In this document: positions 34,759 through 44,684 of the stretch, one piece after another | Position numbering within the stretch: the stretch's first letter is position 1 | How the letters are laid out: the number at the start of each line of letters is the position of its first letter | Assembly: GCA_024635475.1 (NCBI GenBank) | Contig: JAGXIW010000008.1 | Location: 13,592 to 77,591, forward strand | Length of the DNA stretch: 64,000 nucleotides | Direction: 5' to 3' | Source of the DNA: a bacterium | GTDB lineage: Bacteria; Patescibacteriota; Gracilibacteria; BD1-5; UBA6164 | Made by a program: the position numbers and the translations under genes | Notes under the pieces: generated by a model | Seen by the model: the letters and a program-made list of their open reading frames with translations, nothing else | Databases searched by the model: none | What the model was told of the DNA's origin: nothing

Positions 34759-35976
34759 TTACCAATGCCATTCTGTCATTATTGATTTATCATTTAAAAC
34801 ATCTTCAGAAAAGTCATCTAGTTTATTATAATCTTTTGGTTTGTATTGAAGTACAACTAGAGTTATATCATCAACTTGATAGTGTTTATATCACATAAAT
34901 TTTGATAATTCTATAGATATTTTATTAAATACTCACCTAGCCGTTTTATATTTTTTAGATTTCATATTTGGAGATTCTTCTATTGCTTGTATTAATCTAT
35001 TTTCTCAAAATCTTTTTTTTATATCAGACACATCTTTGCTATTTATAGAATCAGTTATTCAATCACTATATAATATTATTATATCATTTTCTTCAAATTG
35101 AATTTCTCTTTCTTTTATTACTTTTTCTATATTTTTTACCATTCACAAAGCAAGTCATTCTGATTTTATTTTAAAACATTTATTAAGCTTATCTTTATAA
35201 ATTATTAGGTATTCATGCCCAGCTCAAGTCATAAATAATCTTTTTTCTTTCTCATTCCATCTAATCATAAGTAAACTCATAAGTAAACTTGTTTTGATTC
35301 TAGGCTTCAAAGTTTCATTTACATTTATTAGTATTTGAGCTCATGAAATAAATACTTTAGTCAATGCACTTATTAAGGCATTTACCATAACCATTATAAA
35401 TCATGCTCAAACTCAATGCCCAGTAGCATCTCAAATATATATATAATAATTATCATTGTTTTGTATTACATCAAAACTATCTCATCATATTTCTCACATT
35501 GGTTTTGATTTTGCAACTATATTTATAGAAGGAGGATGAATAATTGTCTTATGTAATAGTTTTTCTTGTATTTCACGAGCTAATTCTACTTCTCATTTAA
35601 TTTCTTTTCATCTTAAAAAATCAGTTCTTATATTTTTAAAACTATTTAAAAACTGTAAGAAAAAACCATTTATATAAGATATATTTGGGTTTAAAGATTT
35701 TTTTATATCTATTTTTTCATTCGTTAGTATTGCTTTTTGTATATTGTAAACTAGTGATTTTATAGGTCAATCATAAAACAAATTTATATAAATCATTACA
35801 AATAATCATTCTATAACTATTGATATAATTATTACTGCAGTTTTTGTTTCATATAATGATTTTGAAATATTTGTAAATTTAAACAATAAAAATATATTTA
35901 TAATTACTATAAAAATAATTATTATATTTAAAATATTTAGAATTAATGTATTTTTTATTTTTCACAATATTCACAT
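34759..35976 (-). CDS. PP2C/SpoIIE-family serine phosphatase (RsbU-like) with N-terminal membrane/HAMP-like region
   Basis: 405 aa. Two N-terminal TM helices, then GEIGGDSFDV, YIYIGDATGHGVGAGFIM, MTGAGHEY, ILYSDGITD, DDITLVVL. Confidence 0.8.
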
Positions 35977-36120
35977 CTTGTTTTAGAATATTAATAATAA
36001 TCTTACTTAATTTTAACATTTTTTGTAAATAAAATCAAATAATCTAAAAGAAAACTGTACAAAAAAGTAAAATAAATATAATATAGATATATAAAAACCA
36101 TTATTTTAATATAATTGAAA

Positions 36121-37677
36121 ATGAAAGATATAAAATGTAAAATAAATAGAGGCTTGGGTAATTGTAATTTAATCAATAAAATAGGTTTTACTTTAATAGA
36201 ATTAATAATTGTAGTAACGATTTTAGCAATTCTATGAACAATAGGATTTGTATCATATGTATGATATGTAAGTGTATCAAGAGATTCAACTAGAATATCT
36301 CAAATACAAATAATAAATCAAGCATTCAATTCATATACACATTGAAGACCTCCATTACCTGATAATAAAGTTACAATATATGCAAGTTGAGTAATATTAG
36401 GATATCAATGATATGTAGGAGAAGATGTATTATCAAATATATGAGTAAATGAACAATGAAAAGATCCACTTGATAATAATTATTATACATATTTTATAGA
36501 CAAGAAACAAAGAAATATACAATTACTTACATTTTTAGAGAATGAATTAGATGAAAATCTTAGTTATAATTGATTTATAAATCAAGCTATAGCTGATTAT
36601 AGTAATAGAATTCCAAAACCTTATTGAAGTAAATTATGAGTGATTGTAGAGAGTGGTTCAAATTCACCAATTCAAGATAACACAGCACTTAGAGATAGTT
36701 GACTTGATGTAAGTACTACCACAACTCCATACAAAGCTTACTTTACATCTGATCAATATTTATACTGAACTTGAATAATTTTACATAAACTTCAACAATC
36801 AATAAATCATAATTGAGTATGATTAGCATCACCAAGTTCTTGTCCAGGTGGATTTATAGGAGTGCCAGGTAATATAGAATTTAATCAACCAGGATTTTGT
36901 GTGATGAAATATGAAGCAAGTTATAACACTCCATACAACCTAACTACAGAGCCTAATCGGGAAACAGATGATTATAATTCTTCAAAAACAGATATAATAT
37001 CTAAAGCTTGAGGATATCCTATAACAAAGATAACACAATTAGAAGCTATAAATTTATGTAAAAATATGTGAGAAGGGTATCACTTAGTAATGAATGATGA
37101 ATGGATGGTAATAGCTAGAAATATAGAGCAGGTTTGAAATAACTGGTCAGGAAATAAAGTATGAAGTTGATTTATATATATTGGTAGATCAGAAAATTCA
37201 CTTAGATGATGTGTATGATCTTGATGAATTTCTGATATATTATCTTCAACATGGGCAGAATCAACTTGAACTGATTGTATAGAAAAAAGAAATGATTGAA
37301 AAGCAAGAAATACATTGATATTATCTAATTGAGAAGATATATGGGATTTCGCGGGGAATATACAAGAGCATGTAAATAAAGCAAATACATTAGATTGAAA
37401 TAATTATGCAACTTGAACTAATCCTAATCTATGTGGACAAACTAATGATGGTTATGAATGGAATGAATGTACATTATCATGAAGAACTCTTTATTGACCG
37501 ACAAATATTGCACGGACGAGTACTTACTGAGTATGAACAGTATACGGTTATAATTGAACTATTTTTACTCGTTGAGGTCGTGCTAGTAATAGCTTTCGTT
37601 CTGGAATATTTAGATTGACATTGGATTTTGATTCTGATAGTAAAATTGAATATTTAGGGTTTCGTTGTGCTAAGTAA
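36121..37677 (+). CDS. Prepilin-type N-terminal cleavage/methylation domain protein fused to an FGE-sulfatase (SUMF1)-like C-terminal domain
   Basis: 518 aa. NKIG/FTLIELIIVVTILAILGTIGF (type IV pilin class III signal), then pilin-like ARISQIQIINQAFNSY. C-terminal half has FCVMKYEAS, GYHLVMNDEWMVIARN, GGRASNSFRSGIF, and ends YLGFRCAK. Confidence 0.7.
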
Positions 37678-37738
37678 TTTTCCGTTTTTTTCTATTAATC
37701 ATTTCTTAATTCAGAAGTTTATAGTATTTTTCAAAAAT

Positions 37739-37762
37739 AAAAAGTATTAAAAATACTTTTTT
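37739..37762 (+). terminator. Rho-independent terminator-like hairpin
   Basis: AAAAAGTATT (37739-37748) pairs with AATACTTTTT (37752-37761) around a 3-nt loop, followed by a T-run. It lies ~60 nt after the pilin gene stop. Confidence 0.5.
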
Positions 37763-37993
37763 CTTTCTTAATCATCTCTTACTTAAACCTTTCTTACTTC
37801 TTACAAATATAATATTTATGTAAACTTCATCCTAGGGAAGATTACAAACAAACTAAACAAAAAACTTCTTTTATTAAAAAAATTTATTCTTTTGTCTTAG
37901 TCAGTAATTTAAGAATTTAAAAAATACTACAAGGCCACTAAAGATAAATTTATATAATAAATGAAAAAGATTTTAATTACTAATTAAATAAAA

Positions 37994-38710
37994 ATGAAAA
38001 ATAAAAAATTATTAACATGATTATTACTTACTACTGTTGTAGTAGGATGAATCTGAGCAACATTTGCAAGTGATTCTACAAAATCTTGAATAACAAATGC
38101 AAATAAAGAATTTAGAAAAATTAATAATTTAAATGCTGAACAAAAAGCTGAAATGGAAGCAATTAAAACTATAATGCAAAAAAAGAAAAATGGTGAAACT
38201 CTGACTGTAGATGAACAAGCTAAATTAACAGCTTTTGAAGCAAATAAACCAAATTGAAAGGGAATATGAATGGGAATGTGAATGGGGATGTTAATGGGAA
38301 AATGACATTGAGATAGATGATGAGAAATGAGAGAAAGAGGTTTTGAAAATAATTTAACTGATGCTGAAAAAACTGCATTAAAAACAATGACAAATGCAGA
38401 AAAACAAACTTTTTTTGAGACAAAAATGACTACTCAAAAAGCAAAAATGGAAGCATATGAAAATGTTATAGATAAATTATTAGCTTGAGTTACTCTTACT
38501 TCAGAAGAAGAAGCAATTAAACAAGAAATAATAAAACAAAGAGCTGAGAGAAAGGCTAAAATGGTGGAAATGGAAACTAAAATGACTGAAATAAAAGCTA
38601 TTTTAGAAAAAAAGAAAAGTGGTGAAACCTTGACTTCTGATGAACAAGCTAAACTTGATACTTTTAAATCAGAAAGACATTGAAAGGGGATGAGAAAGAT
38701 GATGAACTAA
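37994..38710 (+). CDS. Secreted repeat protein with LTxxQ-like motifs and a Gly/Met-rich core
   Basis: 238 aa. Signal peptide (LLTGLLLTTVVVGGIGATFA), repeated ...GETLT(V/S)DEQAKL... units, and a central GKGIGMGMGMGMLMGKGHGDRGGEM. Loosely CpxP/Spy-like; family-level call only. Confidence 0.55.
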
Positions 38711-38750
38711 AAAAATATTAAATATAAAGTTATAATATAAAGTTATAAGC

Positions 38751-38784
38751 AAAAAAACACTAAATTCCACTTTAGTGTTTTTTT
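38751..38784. terminator. Bidirectional terminator hairpin
   Basis: AAAAACACTAAA pairs with TTTAGTGTTTTT around a 6-nt loop (TTCCAC). It lies between the + gene ending at 38710 and the - ORF ending at 38791. Confidence 0.65.
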
Positions 38785-38790
38785 GTATTT

Positions 38791-39207
38791 CTATTCACTT
38801 ATCCTTTCATATTGTATATCGGAATCTATTTTTGCAAAAACTACTTGCCAAAGGTGGTGTGTTTTTGCAAGTGCAGTTCCGGGGCAACATAGGAGATAAT
38901 ATTTCCATAATCTGTAAAATCTCTCATCATATTTATTTTTTAACTTACTCCAATTTTTATCAAAATTTTTATACCATTCAAGCATAGTTCTATGATAATG
39001 TTGTGTAAAATCATGCCAATCCACAACGTAAAATAATTCTTCAATTGCGGCCGTAATTTGTTTGGCTGAGAGACAAATTGAGCCGTTTAGTAACAATCTA
39101 GTATAAAATTTATCATTGTGGACTTTTATATCCCAAGGACGGGAACCGTTGATAATCACATCGGCTTTTTTAAATAATTCTATTCCTTTTTGTTTAATAT
39201 ATCACAT
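38791..39207 (-). pseudogene. cfa: Cyclopropane-fatty-acyl-phospholipid synthase (cfa) remnant with an in-frame internal deletion of the methyltransferase core
   Basis: The N-terminal ...ADVIINGSRPWDIKVHNDKFYTRLLLNGS (compare E. coli Cfa INGSAPADIRVKNPDFFKRVLQEGS) is joined directly to the C-terminal ...CLSAKQITAAIEELFYVVDWHDFTQHYHRTMLEWYKNF...ERFYRLWKYYLLCCPGTALAKTHHLWQVVFAK (compare GCLPSVRQI...MEDWHNFGADYDTTLMAWYERF...FTYYLNACAGAFRARDIQLWQVVFSR). About 250 aa of SAM-binding core are missing. GC is visibly higher than in flanking DNA. Confidence 0.7.
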
Positions 39208-39233
39208 AATTTTTAATTTTAATGTTTATTTTT

Positions 39234-40085
39234 TTACTTCATTAACAATAATCATAATAATGCAACAAGACTACCAATAATTTTTCTTGATAAATCTTCC
39301 CTTTCATTCAAAAATAAGGCTCCAGCAATAAATACTATAACAACCTTAAATGTGGTAATTGCTGACACCAGACTCAAATTTCCGACAACGAAAATAAGTA
39401 CAACCCAAGATAGTGAATGTAAAAATCTCAAGACTCAAGTAATTACTATATCCTTTTTTAAGTATTGATTTTTATCATGAGTTATAAGTGTTGTAATTCC
39501 AAGAAATAGACATTGAGACCACCAAGCCATCATAGTACCAGCTGTAAATCAAGACATCTTTTGAAGAGCTCTTCCAGCAGTTAAATTAATTCCAAGTGCT
39601 ATACCTGATAAAACTATCAACATAAAATATTTATCAAATTTAAATCTTCCTATTCTGTGTTGTTTTGATACAATTACCATTCCAACAAGCAAAAGAATAG
39701 TTCAATAAATCTGTAAAGTTGTTAATTTCTCATTTAAAAATAATGTTGCAAGTACTATTGTTACTGGGGTATATATGTTATTTATTAGAGTACTAATTCC
39801 AGCTTCAACATGTTTTTGTGCTATAAAATAAGAGATGAAGTAAGTTGCTCCAGAAATACCACAAATCAAAGTTAAGATAATTAAATAAAAAATATCACCT
39901 TGAATATAAAAAGGTTCAAAAAATGGTAAAAATAAACTTAAGATTGTAATAATCAGTGTAACATAGAAAGCAAAATTTATTTGTCATTTGTTTTCACTAT
40001 TTTTTTTAGTTGCTAACCGTCTTCTTTGAATAGGAGATAATGTTGCTGCTATAAAATAGAATATGTAACTTAATAATATAATCAT
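39234..40085 (-). CDS. EamA/DMT-superfamily transporter (tandem copy 1)
   Basis: 283 aa, ~10 TM helices, with the EamA-type C-terminal ...FIAGALFLNEREDLSRKIIGSLVALLGLLLMK. It contains 5 in-frame TGA (Gly), so host-type coding. Confidence 0.7.
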
Positions 40086-40167
40086 TTAATTTTAAAAAAA
40101 ATAAGATAAAAAATTTAGATTTATCTTATTTTAATAAATTTGGAATTATTGTCAAAGAAGCTTTTTT

Positions 40168-41019
40168 TTATTTCATCAACAATAATCATAATAATGCAAC
40201 AAGACTACCAATAATTTTTCTTGATAAATCTTCTCTTTCATTCAAAAATAAGGCTCCAGCAATAAATACTATAACAACCTTAAATGTGGTAATTGCTGAT
40301 ACTAGACTCAAATTTCCAACAACGAAAATAAGTACAACCCAAGATAGAGATTGTAGAAATCTTAAGACTCAAGTTATTACTATATCCTTTTTCGAGTATT
40401 GATTTTTGTTATGAGTTATAAGTGTTATAATTCCAAGAAATAGACATTGAGACCACCAAGACATCATTGTGCCAGCTGTAAATCAAGTCATCTTTTGAAG
40501 AGCTCTTTCAGTAGTTAGTGTAATACCAAGTGCTATACCTGATAAAACTACCAACATAAAATATTTATCAAATTTAAATCTTCCTATTCTGTGTTGTTTT
40601 GATACAATTATCATTCCAATAAGTAGAAAAAATGTTCAGAGTATTTGTATAATTGTTAATTTTTCATTTAAAAATAGAGTTGCAAGTACTATTGTTATTG
40701 GTGTATAAATATTATTTACTAGAGTACTAATTCCAGCTTCAACATGTTTTTGTGCAATAAAAAATGAGATAAAATAAATTGCTCCTGAAATACCACAAAT
40801 CAAACTTAAGCTAATTAAATAAAAAACATTACCTTGTATATAAAAAGGTTGAAAAAATGGTAAAAGTAAACTTAATATTGTAACAACCAGTGTAACATGG
40901 AAAGCTAAACTTATTTGTCATTTATTTTCGCTATTTTTTTTAGTTGCTAACCGTCTTCTTTGAATAGGAGATAATGTTCCAGCAATAAAATAGAATATGT
41001 AACTTAATAATATAATCAT
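40168..41019 (-). CDS. EamA/DMT-superfamily transporter (tandem copy 2)
   Basis: 283 aa, collinear with copy 1 and offset by exactly 934 bp. There are scattered substitutions and the last few codons differ (…LLLMK* versus …LLLMK-type end with TTGATGAAATAA). Confidence 0.7.
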
Positions 41020-41099
41020 TTAATTTTTAAAAAATAAGATAAAAAATTTAGATTTTTTTTATTTCAATAATTTTGGAATTATTGTCAAAGAAGCATTTA

Positions 41100-41519
41100 T
41101 TATTTATCCTTAAAATTACAATTTTTTTTACACAATTTTATCCAACCTAATTTTAACCATAGTACTATTTCTTCATAAGATTGTATATTTTTATCGGGTT
41201 CTTGCAAAAGTATTACTTCAAGATTTTTATTATAAATAAGATTTTGAGAAACTCCAAAACACATTTCTGCAAAAGATTCTGCACCGAGATATCAAGTAAT
41301 ACCATTTTTATTTTCATTCATAACAAAAAGAATATCTGCCTCTGTAATATTTTTGAAAAAATCTATATGTACTTTAGGATATTCATCTAAAAAGGTTTCT
41401 TTGTTTATTGGTGATGGATAATTTATAACATAATATCATTGATTTTCCCAAAAACCTTTCCAATATTGAATTTCTGTTTGAAGTGATACACTTCCGGCTA
41501 TAACAACTTTTTTTGTCAT
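41100..41519 (-). CDS. Nucleoside 2-deoxyribosyltransferase-like small protein
   Basis: 139 aa. MTKKVVIAGSVS...ADILFVMNENKNGITGYLGAESFAEMCFG, a Rossmann-like pattern of the NDT/DUF4406 group. Contains 2 in-frame TGA (Gly). Family call is tentative. Confidence 0.4.
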
Positions 41520-41570
41520 ATTATTATTTAAATTGATAAAAAATACTGCTTGAATTTTTTTAACTACAAC

Positions 41571-41960
41571 TTACTTTTTTGGCCTCAAATAAACCAATAA
41601 ACCAACATATGGTATCAACATTATCATCTCAACAACAGTTTGTATTTTTTTCCCTGGTGCACCAAGTTGAGCAAAATCTATTTTCAAGAGAAATCCAATC
41701 ATAAAAATAATTGCAATAATTCCACCAATAATAATTACATTAAGCGAGTCAATATTTTTAACGGGATCCTTGGCAATGGAAAGTAATAATAATGAAATGA
41801 CTATCGCAGACACTGCTATAATAGAATCGTGATAGGGATGATATAATGCACCATCGTAAAATGGAAAAAGTGTAAGTCCAAAAAGGTGAGCCATTGCTCC
41901 AACTAAATAATATAGAGCACCGAGAATTAATAATAACTTAAGAGTTTTGATTTTATCCAT
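41571..41960 (-). CDS. Hypothetical integral membrane protein (129 aa)
   Basis: Uninterrupted ORF even under the standard code. 4 predicted TM helices, 10 Gly codons with none TGA, TAA stop. GC-richer than the host genes. Confidence 0.6.
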   Translation of the reverse strand: MDKIKTLKLLLILGALYYLVGAMAHLFGLTLFPFYDGALYHPYHDSIIAVSAIVISLLLLSIAKDPVKNIDSLNVIIIGGIIAIIFMIGFLLKIDFAQLGAPGKKIQTVVEMIMLIPYVGLLVYLRPKK

Positions 41961-41979
41961 ATTTTCTTTTTTTATTAAA

Positions 41980-43200
41980 TTAAACCTTTAATAATTTTGG
42001 TTCTCTGTTCCATTTTAATAATATAACTAATCCAGCAAAGATAAACACCACCATAGACAACATGGCTATACGGTAACTTGTATGTTGTATTCCAAAAACA
42101 GCTATAATTCCTCCCCAAGTTAATGGTCCAAACAATGTAGCGAATCGCTCAGCTATGGTGTAAAAAGAAAATCCATAACATAAGTCCTCTTTCTTTAATA
42201 TTTCGCTTAAATAAGCTCTGCTAACCGTTAAGGAAGAACCAAGAAATAAACCGACTAAACTTGAAAATATTGACAATGAGAGCATGTTTTTAGCTATAGC
42301 AATCAATGGGATTAAAATTATCCATCCGAGCAATATGATTTTTAATGTTTTTAAAGCTCCAATCTTGTCTGCGATCCAACCTGAAATAATTCCACCCAAT
42401 GCCGACATCAAAAGAACAGCTAGAAGTAGATAATTTTTAACATCATCGGAAACACTAAAAACTCTTTCCATATAAATTGCATAATTATTGGTTATTGTAA
42501 TCAATGCATCATTGAAGAAGAAAAATGACACCAGCATCGGAGTAGCAATGGAAATTGAAAAGAAAGCAATCATTTTTCTGAAATATTCTTTCTCTCATTC
42601 TTTTAAAATCTGAATATCAAGACGATTTTTCTTTGGTTTACTATCAACAAAATAAATCATCATTGGGAGTGATAATAATATGAATATAACCAGAGATGGA
42701 AACAATGGTTGTAATCTAGTACTAGATAATAGTAGTGCTATTAAGAGCCCAGATATCTGTCCCATGCTGTTTAAAAACTGCCCAATACCAAAAGCTCTTG
42801 CTCTATAATCCATATCAGCCACATCCTCAATTAAGGTGTTGTAAAAAACAAAAGAAAGTTGATAAAAATATTGTCCAAGTAAAAAACAAACTGTAATTAT
42901 AAAAATGTATTGCACTCCCAAATAAGCAAACATAGTAGCCAATCCATAACCTAAAAATGTTCATATGGTAGCCAAATTTAACAAATATTTTCTTCCGCCA
43001 TATTTATCAGTAAAAGAGGCTAATGTTGGGGCTGATAAAAATAGTAAAATAGATGTTATTGCAAAAATAGCATTGTACCAAAAATCTGACAAGCCACCAT
43101 CTACTACCATCCATGTTGAAAAATATAAAAGAAAATTTATAAAAATAAATGAATTTGCAAAATCATACAAAGCCCATTTAATTAAATTTTTTTTATTCAT
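41980..43200 (-). CDS. MFS transporter (UMF1/Atg22-like family)
   Basis: Three track ORFs (42961-43200, 42595-42942, 41980-42573) are in one frame, joined by TGA codons at 42961-42963 and 42595-42597. Read through, they give a ~406 aa 12-TM protein (WALYDFANS..., SFTDKYGGRK, ...GWIADKIGALKT...). Confidence 0.75.
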
Positions 43201-43201
43201 A

Positions 43202-43300
43202 CTATGAATTATAAATTGCTAAAATGCTCGCACCTCCAATTACAAGAATTAGTCCCAATACTTTTATTAATGTTAAAGATTCGCCTAGGAATAATCCTAT
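43202..43300 (-). pseudogene. Orphan C-terminal fragment of an EamA/SMR-type transporter
   Basis: It reads ...GLFLGESLTLIKVLGLILVIGGASILAIYNS* with no start codon and an in-frame TAA immediately upstream. The pattern (F.GE.lt....iG..li..G) is typical of the last helix of EamA domains. Confidence 0.4.
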
Positions 43301-43319
43301 TTATCCATACTTATAAAGC

Positions 43320-43604
43320 TTATCATTCTTTCCTTATTCTATTTTCTTTATCGTTTTTATGAGTTAATTTCAATATTAATAAAGACAGTGTGAGAGATGC
43401 TTCAATTGTAGTAAAAATCATTATGGGACGACTATTTATACCAAAACCATATATTACAAATAAAATTAGTCCTGTTAAAAGCAGGGAATTCCACAGTAAA
43501 GAAATATCTTCTGTTGATTTAGTTATCCATGATTTAATTACCTGAGGTACAAGGGCTGATGCGATGATTGCAGAACCAACAAAACCTATAATTTCAATAT
43601 CCAT
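43320..43604 (-). CDS. SemiSWEET / PQ-loop small sugar transporter
   Basis: 93 aa under the standard code (track ORF 43323-43604). 3 TM helices and a PQ motif (SALVPQVIKSW). It ends ...RKE-TGA-TAA, so in code 25 it gains one Gly and stops at TAA 43320-43322. Confidence 0.7.
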
Positions 43605-43710
43605 AATGATTTTTAAATTAATTAATAAATTTTTTTATTTCACTTAACATTTGCCGATAATCCCATCGTTTTAATGTTGGATATCAACTGTTAAGTGCTG
43701 AATTAATATT

Positions 43711-44061
43711 TTATTTGTTAATCCTGATAAAGAAAAATTCGTTTTCTTCGTTTCCAGTGGCTTCAATTTTATTTTCTATCCCATCTGGAATATAGATAAG
43801 GTCATCCGGAGAATATTCGAATTTTTCTCCATCTTTAAACTCAATAAATCCCTTACCTTTAAGTACCAGAAAAAATTCATCGATATCTTCATGGGAATGC
43901 CAATCAAATATTGCTCCTGCCTTAAGATAACCTTTTGTCATAGCTTGAAATTGTTCTGACACTTCATCATTCTTTGATAAGATAAGTTGCCTTTTCCCGC
44001 TTCCTTCATGAGCTTCTTCAAGGGGGATTTGATTTAGTGATTTTTTAAAAGGTTTTCTCAT
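43711..44061 (-). CDS. Cupin-domain protein
   Basis: 116 aa uninterrupted standard-code ORF. GAIFDWHSHEDIDEFFLVLKGKGFIEF...LIYIPDGIENKIEATG (cupin motifs G(x)5HxH and P.g..H). 9 Gly codons, none TGA. Confidence 0.7.
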   Translation of the reverse strand: MRKPFKKSLNQIPLEEAHEGSGKRQLILSKNDEVSEQFQAMTKGYLKAGAIFDWHSHEDIDEFFLVLKGKGFIEFKDGEKFEYSPDDLIYIPDGIENKIEATGNEENEFFFIRINK

Positions 44062-44228
44062 ATAAATTTATTTAATAAAATATTAATTTTGCACATAACA
44101 TATCGGCATCATCTGAAGTTGCACCCATATTTATTGGCTAAAACTTCAAATTTCCATCTTCTTTAATTATATCACTAAATTTTATGAACCAGATATGCCG
44201 TGTTAGCTGATGTATTCATTTCCTTTTG

Positions 44229-44684
44229 TTATCGATTTATACGCTCTAAAATCTTATTCATTTTGTTAATTTCTTCCTGCTGTGCTTTGATAATATCTTC
44301 GCATAAATTGACCAGTTCCTGATCGGTAATATTCGCTTCCTTGCACATAGTAATGGCGGCCGAGTGATGCGGAATCATGGAATTTATAAAATTTTCGTTT
44401 CCAACAAAAGCTTGCATGCGAATAGCCAAAAAGCCAAGGATAAAAATGAGAATACTCGCGAAATAAAGGAATAGATTTCTTTTTTTATCCTGATACATAT
44501 TTCGCATGAAAACGAGCATTAGTATCACCATCGGAGCAACCATAATAACCGCCATGTAAAAGCTACGAATGCTAAAAATTTTTACATCTGCCCACACATT
44601 CACGGGAGCGAATACTAGTGCATACATAATAAAGAAATGAATACCAACAGTGAATGCGAGAGCTTTATAAGGTGTTTGTTTCAT
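44229..44684 (-). CDS. DUF305-family (ferritin-like, MIPHH motif) membrane-anchored protein
   Basis: 151 aa uninterrupted ORF. 3 TM helices then FINSMIPHHSAAITMC...EDIIKAQQEEINKM. This is the most GC-rich stretch of the window by eye (GCGGCCGAGTGATGCGG). Confidence 0.65.
   Translation of the reverse strand: MKQTPYKALAFTVGIHFFIMYALVFAPVNVWADVKIFSIRSFYMAVIMVAPMVILMLVFMRNMYQDKKRNLFLYFASILIFILGFLAIRMQAFVGNENFINSMIPHHSAAITMCKEANITDQELVNLCEDIIKAQQEEINKMNKILERINR

Larger units (their letters stand above)
39234..41100. repeat. Direct tandem duplication, 2 x ~934 bp (EamA gene plus its upstream spacer)
   Basis: Long stretches are identical by eye. For example, AACAATAATCATAATAATGCAACAAGACTACCAATAATTTTTCTTGATAAATCTTC occurs at 39244 and 40177, and ATCATTTAATTTT...AATTTGGAATTATTGTCAAAGAAGC occurs at 40081 and 41017. 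Confidence 0.85.

Noticed and set aside
41980-43200. The MFS transporter appears as three separate ORFs, suggesting a frameshifted pseudogene.
   Set aside because: All three pieces are in the same frame and are separated only by single TGA codons. In the host code the gene is intact.
42965-43207. An 80-aa + strand ORF in the track (also 28031-28327 -, 28592-28948 -, 45236-45424 -, 49017-49289 -, 57358-57636 -, 59689-59985 -, 60133-60393 -, and others).
   Set aside because: These lie antisense to, or out of frame with, genes that have strong motif support. They have low-complexity, Phe/Ile/Ser-rich translations typical of AT-rich shadow frames.
43605-44228. Imperfect inverted repeats in the two spacers of the GC-richer block (CACTTAACA...TGTTAAGTG; AACATATCGGCAT...ATATGCCGTGTT) could be MITE ends or small RNA genes.
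   Set aside because: The arms are short and mismatched, there is only one copy of each, and I found no target-site duplication. This is not enough to annotate.
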